Positions 19,154 to 28,339 of a stretch of 64,000 bases of DNA are shown here, in pieces. The first letter of the stretch is position 1, and every line of letters starts with the position of its first letter. The translations under genes and the position numbers were made by a program. Location: NCBI RefSeq assembly GCF_041641055.1, contig NZ_JBEPZB010000008.1, positions 46,600-110,599 of the forward strand, written 5' to 3'. A model generated the notes under the pieces. The model had not been told where the DNA came from, searched no databases, and was given only the letters and a program-made list of their open reading frames with translations. Origin of the DNA: Microbacterium sp. (GTDB taxonomy: Bacteria > Actinomycetota > Actinomycetes > Actinomycetales > Microbacteriaceae).

Positions 19154-19242
19154 CCCTTAGTCTCACGGGTCTTCGCATCCTTGTCTGTAGGTATTTTGGG
19201 GGACACGGAACCGTGCGGTGTGCGAGATGATGAGGCATGGGC

Positions 19243-20466
19243 ATGCGCCGCGGAACCAACCTCCCCCGGATGGGCGACTTCAACCAGTCGGTGATCCTGG
19301 AGGCCGTCCGGCGCTCGGTCGAGGGGCTCAGCCGCATCGAGCTGGTCGAGGCCACGGGCCTCTCCGCCCAGACCGTCACCAACATCACCCGGCGGCTCCT
19401 CGACGAGGGATTCATCACCGAGGCCGGTCGCACCATCACCGGGCCGGGCAAGCCCCGCGTCACTCTGCGCCTGGTGGCCGAGAGCCGTTACTCGGTCGGC
19501 GTGCATCTGGACCCGGCGGTGATCACCGTGGTCCTGCTCGACATGTCCGGCGCCGTCGTGGAGCGGCGGGCTGAACGCACTCCCGACAAGGATCCGCGGC
19601 GGATCGTGGACATCATGGCGCAGACCGTCGCCGACCTCATCGACGAGGCAGGGATCGACCGATCGCTGGTGGCCGGAGTCGGCGTCGCGGCCCCAGGACC
19701 GCTCGACGCCGAGCGCGGCACCGTGATCGATCCGCCCAAACTCCAGGGGTGGGAGCGGGTGCCGCTGAGGTCGGTCCTGGCCGAGGCCACCGGCCTGGAG
19801 GTGACCGTCGAGAAGGACACCACGGCCGCAGCGGTCGGCGAGCTGTGGACCGGCGGTGGTGGCCAGGGGTCATTCGTCTTCGTCTACCTCGGGACGGGTC
19901 TCGGTGCCGCGGTCGTCCGCGACGGCGAGGCGATCGCCGGCAGCTCCCACAATTTCGGGGAGATCGGACACATCATCGTCGATCCGGACGGGCCTCCGTG
20001 CGCATGCGGCCTCAGAGGCTGTGTGGAGGTCGTCTGCACTCCGCAGGCGATCGTCGAGCGAGCGGAGGCCGCGGGTCTCTGGCGCGATTCACCGACAGGC
20101 GGCGCCGAGGCGGCGATAGACGAGCGGTTCACCCAGCTCTGCGCGCGGGCGGATGCCGGTGAGCAGCCGGCCCTCGACCTGGTCCGCACAGCGGCCGATC
20201 ACCTCGCCGTCCTGATCGCGACGCTGACGAACATCCTCGACGTCGATCGCGTCGTGCTCGGCGGTCCCTTCTGGGAGCGCCTCTGCGGGGTCTATCTGCG
20301 CGAGCTGCCCGATCTCCTGCACGCCCGAAGCGCGACGCGGGCTGTGCGCACGCTGCCGGTGGAGGGGACCGTGGTCGGAGACGATGTCGGTGCAGTGGGT
20401 GCCGCCTGCGTGGTGTTGGATGCGGTCCTGACTCCGCGTGCCTCCGATCTGTACCTGGAGGACTGA
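19243..20466 (+). CDS. ROK family transcriptional regulator
   Basis: N-terminal HTH (SRIELVEATGLSAQTVTNITRRL), GVAAPGP, FGEIGH and CACGLRGCVE zinc motif. Confidence 0.9.
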   Translation: MRRGTNLPRMGDFNQSVILEAVRRSVEGLSRIELVEATGLSAQTVTNITRRLLDEGFITEAGRTITGPGKPRVTLRLVAESRYSVGVHLDPAVITVVLLDMSGAVVERRAERTPDKDPRRIVDIMAQTVADLIDEAGIDRSLVAGVGVAAPGPLDAERGTVIDPPKLQGWERVPLRSVLAEATGLEVTVEKDTTAAAVGELWTGGGGQGSFVFVYLGTGLGAAVVRDGEAIAGSSHNFGEIGHIIVDPDGPPCACGLRGCVEVVCTPQAIVERAEAAGLWRDSPTGGAEAAIDERFTQLCARADAGEQPALDLVRTAADHLAVLIATLTNILDVDRVVLGGPFWERLCGVYLRELPDLLHARSATRAVRTLPVEGTVVGDDVGAVGAACVVLDAVLTPRASDLYLED

Positions 20467-20661
20467 ATCCCCCTTCAGTGCATACCGGTATATCGGTGGG
20501 AGCTTCGAAGTGATAACTCCAATCGATGTACTATTGGAGCGATGCGCAGACTGGGGTGATGCTCGGGACGACGGTCCCGCATCGATCGACGGAGGGTCGG
20601 CTGCGTGGCCCGCGAGCTGGGGGGCTCCGCGGGTCTCGCAGACCTTCCGTCTCTCTGCGGC

Positions 20662-20907
20662 TCAGCCGGCGAACCGGCCCCAAGGGATGTCGCGACGCAG
20701 TGGCCGACGCAGCGGACGCTGCGTCCGCATCCAGGCCGAGACGACGGGCTCTTCGACGACGGCTTCCGCCGCCTCCTGCGCGTACGCGTCGCTCACGACG
20801 GCGATCAGCGCGGCGAGCTCCTCTTCGGTCGCCGCGCCGCGGGTGATCTCGATCGTCGGCGGGCGCTGGGCCTCGCCTGACCCGTCCTCTGGTGCGTGCA
20901 CGCTCAC
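20662..20907 (-). CDS. accE: Acyl-CoA carboxylase epsilon subunit
   Basis: [20 protein letters not shown] and SAW; GTG start overlaps the accD stop (GTGA). Confidence 0.85.
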   Translation of the reverse strand: MSVHAPEDGSGEAQRPPTIEITRGAATEEELAALIAVVSDAYAQEAAEAVVEEPVVSAWMRTQRPLRRPLRRDIPWGRFAG

Positions 20908-22493
20908 AGCGGGATGTTCCCGTGCTTCTTCGGCGGCAGGTCCTGGCGCTTGCCCCGCAACGCGCGCAGGGCCTTCGCGATCGAGACGCGGGTGTTCGCC
21001 GGTTCGATGATGCCGTCGATCTCGCCGCGCTCCGCAGCCAGGAACGGCGAGGTCACGCTGTACGTGTACTCGTTGGCGAGCCGGGTGCGTACGGCGGCGA
21101 CGTCCTCGCCGGCCTCCTCCGCCTTCTTGATCTCGTTGCGGTAGAGGATGTTCACGGCGCCCTGGCCGCCCATGACGGCGATCTCGGCCGTCGGCCACGC
21201 GAGGTTCACGTCGGCGCCGAGCTGCTTCGAGCCCATCACGATGTACGCGCCGCCGTAGGCCTTGCGCAGGATGACGGTGACGAGGGGGACCGTTGCCTCG
21301 GCGTACGCGTAGATGAGCTTCGCGCCGCGGCGGATCACGCCCGTCCACTCCTGGTCGGTGCCTGGCAGGTAGCCCGGTACGTCGACGAGCGTGACGATCG
21401 GGATCGAGAACGCGTCGCAGAAGCGCACGAACCGGCTCGCCTTCTCGCCGGCCTCGATGTTGAGGGTGCCGGCCATCTGCGACGGCTGGTTGGCGATGAT
21501 GCCGACCGAGCGGCCCTCGACGCGACCGAATCCGATCACGATGTTGGGAGCGAACAGCGGCTGGACCTCGATGAAGTCCCCGGCGTCGACGACGTGCTCG
21601 ATCACTGTGTGGATGTCGTACGGCTGGTTGGGGGAGTCGGGGATGATCGCGTTCAGCGAGCGATCGGCATCCGTCGTCTCCCACTCGAAGCCGCTCTCGT
21701 AGCCGGGGATCTCCGCCATGTTGTTGTCGGGCAGGAAGCCGAGGAGGGTGCGGGCGTAGTCGATCGCGTCGTCTTCGTCCTCCGCCAGGTAGTGCGCCAC
21801 ACCGGAGCGGGTGTTGTGCGTGAGGGCACCGCCGAGCTCCTCCATGCCGACGTCCTCGCCGGTGACCGTCTTGATCACATCGGGACCGGTGACGAACATC
21901 TGGCTGGTCTTGTCGACCATGATGACGAAGTCGGTCAGCGCCGGGCCGTAAACCGCTCCACCGGCGGCCGGGCCCATGATGATCGAGATCTGCGGGATCA
22001 CGCCGGACGAGCGCGTGTTGAGACGGAAGATCTCGCCGTATTTGCTCAGGGCGAGCACACCCTCCTGGATGCGGGCGCCGCCGGAATCGAGGATGCCGAT
22101 GATCGGCATCCCGCCGGACAGCGCGAACTCCATGATCTTGATGATCTTGTCGCCCGAGACCTCGCCCAGCGAGCCGCCGAAAGTGGTGAAGTCCTGCGAG
22201 TAGACGGCGACGGTGCGTCCGTGGATGGTGCCGACGCCGGTGACGACCGAGTCGCCGTACGGGCGGTTCCGGTCCATTCCGAAGGCGGTGGTGCGGTGCC
22301 GCACGTACTCGTCGAACTCGACGAAGCTTCCGGGATCGACGAGCAGCTCGATGCGCTCGCGGGCGGTCATCTTGCCCTTGGCGTGCTGCTTGTCGTGCGC
22401 GACCTTCTCAGCGTCGACAACGGCTTCGTTGTAGCGAGCGCGGAGGTCTGCGATCCTGCCGGCGGTGGTCGAGAGTTCGGGCTTGTCCGTCAC
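20904..22493 (-). CDS. accD: Acyl-CoA carboxylase carboxyltransferase beta subunit (AccD5/PccB-like)
   Basis: [35 protein letters not shown] and KKHGNIPL; start GTG at 22493. Confidence 0.93.
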   Translation of the reverse strand: MTDKPELSTTAGRIADLRARYNEAVVDAEKVAHDKQHAKGKMTARERIELLVDPGSFVEFDEYVRHRTTAFGMDRNRPYGDSVVTGVGTIHGRTVAVYSQDFTTFGGSLGEVSGDKIIKIMEFALSGGMPIIGILDSGGARIQEGVLALSKYGEIFRLNTRSSGVIPQISIIMGPAAGGAVYGPALTDFVIMVDKTSQMFVTGPDVIKTVTGEDVGMEELGGALTHNTRSGVAHYLAEDEDDAIDYARTLLGFLPDNNMAEIPGYESGFEWETTDADRSLNAIIPDSPNQPYDIHTVIEHVVDAGDFIEVQPLFAPNIVIGFGRVEGRSVGIIANQPSQMAGTLNIEAGEKASRFVRFCDAFSIPIVTLVDVPGYLPGTDQEWTGVIRRGAKLIYAYAEATVPLVTVILRKAYGGAYIVMGSKQLGADVNLAWPTAEIAVMGGQGAVNILYRNEIKKAEEAGEDVAAVRTRLANEYTYSVTSPFLAAERGEIDGIIEPANTRVSIAKALRALRGKRQDLPPKKHGNIPL

Positions 22494-22625
22494 GGATTCC
22501 ACCCTATCGTCGGCTCGGCCCGCTCCGTTGGATGCTCGCCACAACGGGTCGCCCGATCCTTTGGCGTCTCTCGTGCACGCTCAGGGAACGCGGTCGGTGC
22601 GTGTCGGGGGTCCGGGTGTCAGGTC

Positions 22626-23609
22626 TCAGCGTGTCGGGTCCGGGCGATCGGCGCCGAGCTCGCCAGGGAGATCGTGCGTGCCCGACTGCTCGAGCTCACC
22701 GGCGTCCTTGCGGCGGCCCCGACCGACCGAGGCGATCCGGCGTCCGGCCCAGCCGACGCCTCGTACCGCAGAACCCGCTGCCCCCGCGACCGCGCCGCCG
22801 ACGAACTGCGCGCCGTGCAGCATCCGCAGCTCCAGCTTCTCGGCCCCGTCCACCGGTTCGAGTTCGAGCGGCAGATCGAGAGGCGCGGCGCCGAACGCGT
22901 GGTGCGAGGTGGTGAGGACACGGCGCCCCAGGATGTGGTTACCCGCACCGCCGACCGCCGCACCGACGCCGAACGGCAGCGCCTTGCCGACGAACGACGC
23001 ACCGCCCTTGGCCGCGAACTGCTTCACGAACATGCTCTTGAGTCGGTCGACGAGTGGGCCGACAGCCGCGCGGGGGAGCGACTTGGTGACCATCTCGCCC
23101 CAGTACGACGAGCGTGTGCCGCCGCGGCCGGTCGCCTGACCGGCGAGCTGGCCGACGAGCGCGACGCCCTCCTTGCCCAGCATCAGCGTCATGACGAGGG
23201 CTCGGGCTCGGTCGGGGTTCGAGACGGCGATGCCGTGCACCTCGGCCACGGACTGGGCGAACAGCGCGGTCGACTCCACGAACCCCACGGTCTCGACTCC
23301 CGAGAGCGCGAGTGTGATGCCCGTGCCGATCCCCGGCACCACCGCCGTGGCACCGACGGCGGCACCGCCCGTGGTCACCGCAGTCAGGTAGCGACGTTCG
23401 AGGATGCGGATGATCTGCTCGGGGGAGGCGTGCGGGTTGCGGAGACGGATGCTGCGGATGTGCGCGAGCACGAGAGGGCGCTGGATCGCGAGGACGCGAT
23501 CCAGGCCGCGGACCATCAGCGGATGCTCCGTCGAACCCACGGGCGGCACTCCCCGGTCCCACGGGGCGTCGTCGGGGAGGGAGTGGATCTTGTGCACCTT
23601 GGGGGCCAT
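22626..23609 (-). CDS. Conserved hypothetical protein (EcsC-like Gly/Ala-rich helices)
   Basis: 327-aa ORF with typical codon bias; GAAVGATAVVPGIGT and GKALPFGVGAAVGG; TAGGAT -10 box 6 nt upstream. Confidence 0.6.
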   Translation of the reverse strand: MAPKVHKIHSLPDDAPWDRGVPPVGSTEHPLMVRGLDRVLAIQRPLVLAHIRSIRLRNPHASPEQIIRILERRYLTAVTTGGAAVGATAVVPGIGTGITLALSGVETVGFVESTALFAQSVAEVHGIAVSNPDRARALVMTLMLGKEGVALVGQLAGQATGRGGTRSSYWGEMVTKSLPRAAVGPLVDRLKSMFVKQFAAKGGASFVGKALPFGVGAAVGGAGNHILGRRVLTTSHHAFGAAPLDLPLELEPVDGAEKLELRMLHGAQFVGGAVAGAAGSAVRGVGWAGRRIASVGRGRRKDAGELEQSGTHDLPGELGADRPDPTR

Positions 23610-23643
23610 GGATCGATCCTAGGAAGACAGTCCGCGAATACGC

Positions 23644-23679
23644 CGAAAGCCCGGCACCCTTGACGGGGCCGGGCTTTCG
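23644..23679 (-). terminator. Intrinsic terminator after the nucleotidyltransferase gene
   Basis: 12-bp stem cgaaagcccggc / gccgggctttcg. Confidence 0.7.
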
Positions 23680-23689
23680 TGAAACGAGA

Positions 23690-24382
23690 TCAGACGAACA
23701 GGTTCGCCCGCTCGAGGTCTTCGGCGAAGTCGACCTCCACCGCGTAGAGGTCCGACACGTCCATCGGCTCGAGCAGCAGGCCGTCTTCGGCGATGGCGAG
23801 CTCGAGGCCGCGCTCGAAGTAATCCTGGTCCTCGACGCGCTGCAGCTGGCGCATGAACGCCTTCTTGTTCGCGGAGGAGATGTAGTTGATGCCCACGGCC
23901 TCGCCGAGACCGCCCTTGACCGTCTTGGACAGCTCGTTGATGAAGCCCTCGGCGGTCACGGTGTACTTGACCTCTTCGTCGCTCACCTTGGAGGTGTTGA
24001 CGGTGACGAACGACTGATCGCGCTCGATGTAGGCCGCAGCGCGTCCCAGGATCATCGGGTCGAAGACGACGTCGCCGTTCATCCAGAGCACGCCCGACTT
24101 GCCGGTCGCGCCGAGGGCGCGCAGCAGGCTCTTCGACGTGTTCGTCTCGTCGTAGCGCTCGTTGTGGACGTAGTTCACGTTCGGGAACGCCTCGATGATG
24201 GTCTCGGCGCGGTAGCCGACGACGGCGGTGATGCGGGCGTCCGATCCGAAGGCGGCGCGGATGTTGTCGTGCTGCTGACGCATGATCGTGCGGCCGTCGC
24301 TCAGCTCGGTGAGCGGCTTCGGCAGCGCGCGGCCCAGGCGTGAGCCCATGCCGGCGGCGAGGATGACGGTCTGAAGAGTCAC
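23690..24382 (-). CDS. Nucleotidyltransferase, phosphocholine cytidylyltransferase (LicC)-like
   Basis: VILAAGMGSRLG...PKPL, TNTSKSL, NGDVVF and EVDFAEDL. Confidence 0.8.
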   Translation of the reverse strand: MTLQTVILAAGMGSRLGRALPKPLTELSDGRTIMRQQHDNIRAAFGSDARITAVVGYRAETIIEAFPNVNYVHNERYDETNTSKSLLRALGATGKSGVLWMNGDVVFDPMILGRAAAYIERDQSFVTVNTSKVSDEEVKYTVTAEGFINELSKTVKGGLGEAVGINYISSANKKAFMRQLQRVEDQDYFERGLELAIAEDGLLLEPMDVSDLYAVEVDFAEDLERANLFV

Positions 24383-24634
24383 GAGTGCTCCTAAAGGAAG
24401 TATGTGTTCACGGTCGGTTCACCGACCAGACACTTCGTCGTGCCGAGAGTCATGCTAGCGATACAGCCTGGGAAGCCCCGGGGCTGGTCGCCCCTGTTGC
24501 CAATTCGTGACCCAGTACACACCGAACACTCAGATTCGTCCAGATCCCTGCGACGATCGGGCGAATCCAGATTTTCCGCGCCCAATTGTTGCGGCGACCC
24601 CAAGAATCGGAGCACCCGTTGATACCTTAGGACG

Positions 24635-26452
24635 GTGACTGCTGCTTCCGACGACTCCACCGATCAGGCGGCTGACGCTGCCCCCTCGACCCCGAAGAAG
24701 ACGCCGGCGCGGAAGAGTCCGGCGAAGAAGACGACCGGTGGTCGGACCTCCACGAAATCCGCTGCGGACAAGGCTGCGACAACCATCGAGGTGGTCGCGG
24801 AGCCGACGCTGAAGCTGGACCGTCCGGTCGATGGCGCAGTGACGAAAACGCCGGCGAAGAGGACCACGTCGACAGCAGCCCGCACGGCCGCCGCGAAGAA
24901 CTCGGCGCGTGCCTCGGGCTCTCGATCCACTACTGCGAAGCCCGCTGCTGCGCGCACGACCGCGGCGAAGACGACGGCTGCGAAGACGACGACGACTGCG
25001 AAGGGCGCGACCGCGAAGACGTCAGCGTCCAAGACGACGGCCGCGAAGCCGACCGCGGCGAAGGGTGCGGCCTCGAAGACGGTCGCAGCGAAGGCGGCCG
25101 CGGAGAGGAGCGCCGCAGCGAAGTCCTCCGCTCGAACGACCGCGGCTCGCAGCGCCGCCGCCAAGACGGCTGCTGCGAAGGCGGCAGCCGCGAAGGCCGC
25201 CGCAGCCAAGGCTGCTGCGGCGGAGGCGGCCGCGGCGGAAGCTGAGGCCGCGGACGCCGACGCAGCGGAGGCGACTGCGACCGCAACTGCGGCCGCGACC
25301 GCGGCATCCGCCGAGGCGGATCCCACCGGAGGCCCCTCGGCCGACGTGCAGTCCGAGTCGGACGCATCCCGCCCGGACCGCGCCGAGGCCGATGAGCCTC
25401 TGATCGCGTTCCCCGCCGAAGTCGGCGACGGCGCCGCCCTCGAACAGACGACCGCGGACGCCCCGATCGCCGACGAGACGATCGCGGAGGAGACGGTCGC
25501 CGACGAGACGCTCGCCGAAGAGTCCTCGGTGGAGGAGACGATCGCGGAGGAGACGATCGCGGAGCTCCCTGCGGAGGAGGCCACGGCGGACGACGCGACC
25601 GATGAGGCGCGACCATCGGACTCGGAAGCGGACGGCGTCTCCGATGCTGACGCCTCCGACGAGGCGGTCGGCGACGTGGGCGCGGCATCCGCGACCGAGG
25701 CCATCCGCATCCGCGGTCTCGTGAAGACGTTCGGCGATCACGTCGCCGTCAACGGCATCGACCTGACGGTTCCGGCGGGGTCCTTCTACGGCATCGTGGG
25801 CCCGAACGGCGCAGGCAAGACGACCACGCTCTCGATCGTCGCCGGTCTGCTGCGCGCGGACGAGGGCGAAGTCGTGATCTGCGGCATCGACCAGGCGGCC
25901 AAGCCGCTCGCTGCGAAGCGCATGATGGGAGTGCTGCCCGACCGTCTGCGCACGTTCGACCGGCTCACCGGGCGTCAGCTCCTCTACTACTACGGTCTGC
26001 TGCGAGGACTCACTTCGGACGTGATCGAGAAGCGCGTCGGCGACCTCGCGCGGGCGTTCGATCTCGGTGAGGCACTGAACCGCGTCGTCTCCGACTACTC
26101 GGCCGGCATGACGAAGAAGATCATGCTCGCCGGCGCCATGATCCATTCGCCCCGGGTGCTCGTCCTCGACGAGCCCTTCGAGGCGGTCGACCCGGTGTCC
26201 TCCGCGGTCATCCTCGACATCCTGCGCGCGTACGTCGCGCACGGCGGCACCGTCATCCTCTCCAGCCACGGCATGGACCTGGTTGAGCGGGTGTGCTCTC
26301 GTGTGGCGATCATCGTCGGCGGAGACGTCCTCGCCGAGGGGACCATCGACGACGTTCGCGCGGGGCAGACCCTCGAGGCACGGTTCGTCGAGCTCTCCGG
26401 CGGCATCGGAGAGGTGGAGGGGCTCGAGTGGCTGCACACGTTCTCCGACTGA
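24635..26452 (+). CDS. ABC exporter ATP-binding subunit with a long low-complexity N-terminal extension
   Basis: Walker A GPNGAGKTT, signature YSAGM, Walker B LVLDEP and H-loop SSH; TACCTT -10 box 6 nt before the GTG at 24635. Confidence 0.85.
   Translation: MTAASDDSTDQAADAAPSTPKKTPARKSPAKKTTGGRTSTKSAADKAATTIEVVAEPTLKLDRPVDGAVTKTPAKRTTSTAARTAAAKNSARASGSRSTTAKPAAARTTAAKTTAAKTTTTAKGATAKTSASKTTAAKPTAAKGAASKTVAAKAAAERSAAAKSSARTTAARSAAAKTAAAKAAAAKAAAAKAAAAEAAAAEAEAADADAAEATATATAAATAASAEADPTGGPSADVQSESDASRPDRAEADEPLIAFPAEVGDGAALEQTTADAPIADETIAEETVADETLAEESSVEETIAEETIAELPAEEATADDATDEARPSDSEADGVSDADASDEAVGDVGAASATEAIRIRGLVKTFGDHVAVNGIDLTVPAGSFYGIVGPNGAGKTTTLSIVAGLLRADEGEVVICGIDQAAKPLAAKRMMGVLPDRLRTFDRLTGRQLLYYYGLLRGLTSDVIEKRVGDLARAFDLGEALNRVVSDYSAGMTKKIMLAGAMIHSPRVLVLDEPFEAVDPVSSAVILDILRAYVAHGGTVILSSHGMDLVERVCSRVAIIVGGDVLAEGTIDDVRAGQTLEARFVELSGGIGEVEGLEWLHTFSD
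25472..25561 (+). repeat. Six 15-bp coding repeats, (D/E)ETIA-like
   Basis: Units gacgagacgatcgcg, gaggagacggtcgcc, gacgagacgctcgcc, gaagagtcctcggtg, then gaggagacgatcgcg twice. Confidence 0.75.
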
Positions 26453-27993
26453 GGGCCGCGCTCCTGATCGGATCGCTCCGCGGCGAACGTCGGGTGCGGA
26501 CCCTGGTCATGCTCGCTGTCGTCGTCATCCTCACCGCGCTGGTGTGCAGCGCTGTCCTGAGTCTCGATGACGCTCCGGTGGCCGTCGCACGCACGGTCAT
26601 CGTGCTGGGCAGCGCCGCACTGCTGCTCGGCTTCCTCGTGGGGCCGATCCTCGTCGGCGCGGTCGACCAGCTCGATCCGCGACGGTTCGCGGTGTTCGGG
26701 GTCGACGAGCGGCAGATGCCGTGGATCCTCGCGCTTGCGTCATTCATCAGCGTCCCGAGCCTGGCGCTGATCGCCGTCAACGTCAGCGTCTGCGTCGTCG
26801 CGATCAGGCTCGGCGCCCCCTGGGTGGTGGCCGTCCTGACGAGCCTGGTCGGACTCCTGAGCATGGTGCTGTCCGCGCGCATCGGCATGGCCGTCAACGC
26901 ACTGCTCCTGCCGGAGCGCCGCTCCCGCGAGCTGACCGCCCTCTTCGCGCTGGCGGTCATCGTCATCGCCTTCCCTGTCGCGGTCTTCCTCGCCTCGCTG
27001 AAGTGGGACGGACAGGTGCCGGCCGCGGTCGCCGCGCTGACGGCTTCCGTCGGCTTCACCCCGTTCGCCGCCTCGTCGCGATTCCTCTTCTCCTTCGCCA
27101 CGGACGACGCCGCCGGTGCCTGGGCGAGCGGCATCATCGCCCTCCTCACCGCCGTCGGCCTGTGGGCGCTGTGGACCTGGCTCGTGCGACGACTGCTGAC
27201 CACCACAGAGCGCCCCGCCGCGTCGAGGGAGCGCTCCGGCCTCGGCTGGTTCGGGCTGCTGCCCTCGAACGCCTTCGGGGCGATCGCGGCACGCAGCCTC
27301 GTCTACTGGCTCCGCGATCGCCGGTACATCATGAACCTCATCGTCGTGCCGATCGCCGGCGTGCTGACGGTCTTCCCGCTGCTGATCGCCGGCGTCCCGC
27401 TCGAGATCGCCGCGCTGGTGCCCGTGCCGGTGATGGCATTGTTCTTCGGGTGGCTCCCGCACAACGACGTCGCCTACGACTCGACCGCGCTGTGGACCCA
27501 CGTGGCCAGTGGGGTCCGCGGCATCCCGGACCGCCTCGGCCGACTCGTGCCCGTCATCCTGGTGGCCGTGCCCGTGCTCGCGATCGCCGTGCCGCTCACC
27601 CTGCTGTGGATCGACGACTGGCGGCTGCTGCTGCCGCTCACCGGCCTGGGCGCGAGCCTGCTGCTGTCCGCCCTGGGCTTCTCGAGCATCGTCTCGGTCA
27701 TCGCGCCGTACGCCGTGTCGCGCCCGGGGGACAGCCCCTTCCAGCAGCCGCAGAGGCCGACCTCGCGGGGTGCCTACGGCCCGGCCGCGGCGTTCCTCGG
27801 AGCCATCGCGGTGAGCATCCCGACGATCTGGCTGCTCGTGCTCACGATGGTCGAAGGATCACAGTTCGCACCGGCGACCTTCTGGGTGGGGCTCGCCACG
27901 GGGATCGTCGTCCTCGCGGCCGGAGTCACGATCGGCGGGCGCATCTTCGAGCGCGAGGGCGAGCGGCTGATGGAGTTCGTCGAGACGGCGTGA
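26428..27993 (+). CDS. ABC-2-type multi-pass permease
   Basis: Roughly a dozen hydrophobic segments; LDPRRFAVFG and HNDVAYDSTALW; overlaps the ATPase end. Confidence 0.8.
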   Translation: MAAHVLRLRAALLIGSLRGERRVRTLVMLAVVVILTALVCSAVLSLDDAPVAVARTVIVLGSAALLLGFLVGPILVGAVDQLDPRRFAVFGVDERQMPWILALASFISVPSLALIAVNVSVCVVAIRLGAPWVVAVLTSLVGLLSMVLSARIGMAVNALLLPERRSRELTALFALAVIVIAFPVAVFLASLKWDGQVPAAVAALTASVGFTPFAASSRFLFSFATDDAAGAWASGIIALLTAVGLWALWTWLVRRLLTTTERPAASRERSGLGWFGLLPSNAFGAIAARSLVYWLRDRRYIMNLIVVPIAGVLTVFPLLIAGVPLEIAALVPVPVMALFFGWLPHNDVAYDSTALWTHVASGVRGIPDRLGRLVPVILVAVPVLAIAVPLTLLWIDDWRLLLPLTGLGASLLLSALGFSSIVSVIAPYAVSRPGDSPFQQPQRPTSRGAYGPAAAFLGAIAVSIPTIWLLVLTMVEGSQFAPATFWVGLATGIVVLAAGVTIGGRIFEREGERLMEFVETA

Positions 27994-28033
27994 CACCCGC
28001 CCGACGAGGCTCCTGCGCGGCTAGACTCTCGGC

Positions 28034-28300
28034 ATGAGTACTCCGCTGGACAGCCCCGATCAGGGCGGCGTGACAACGCTCGATCGCGAACTAGAAGAAC
28101 TTCTCCGCGAGGAGAATCTGGAGCCGGGCGACCACGAGCGCTTCTCGCACTACGTCAAGAAGGACAAGATCCTCGAGTCCGCCATCACCGGCAAGCCGGT
28201 GCGGGCGCTGTGCGGCAAGAAGTGGACGCCGGGTCGCGACCCGGAGAAGTTCCCGATCTGCCCCACCTGCAAGGAGATCTACGAATCGATGATGGGCTGA
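28034..28300 (+). CDS. DUF3039 domain protein
   Basis: GDHERFSHYV...ALCGKKWTP...PICPTCKEIY; actinobacterial Cys4 protein. Confidence 0.85.
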   Translation: MSTPLDSPDQGGVTTLDRELEELLREENLEPGDHERFSHYVKKDKILESAITGKPVRALCGKKWTPGRDPEKFPICPTCKEIYESMMG

Positions 28301-28339
28301 GCCGGGCGCACAGCCGTCGTCCGCTCGCGTCGGACCGTA

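Noticed and set aside
19110-19506. 117-aa and 130-aa minus-strand ORFs overlapping the ROK 5' end
   Set aside because: They are mostly antisense to ROK with no motifs; only the short 22-codon tail was kept as a possibility
22494-22625. Absence of birA next to accD
   Set aside because: The linkage is known from mycobacteria, but I cannot tell whether it is expected in this family
20892-23663. 923-aa plus-strand ORF and many other long antisense or off-frame ORFs (e.g. 12284-14074, 33963-35807, 17352-18926)
   Set aside because: They overlap well-supported genes, show no motifs, and are expected shadows of high-GC codon bias
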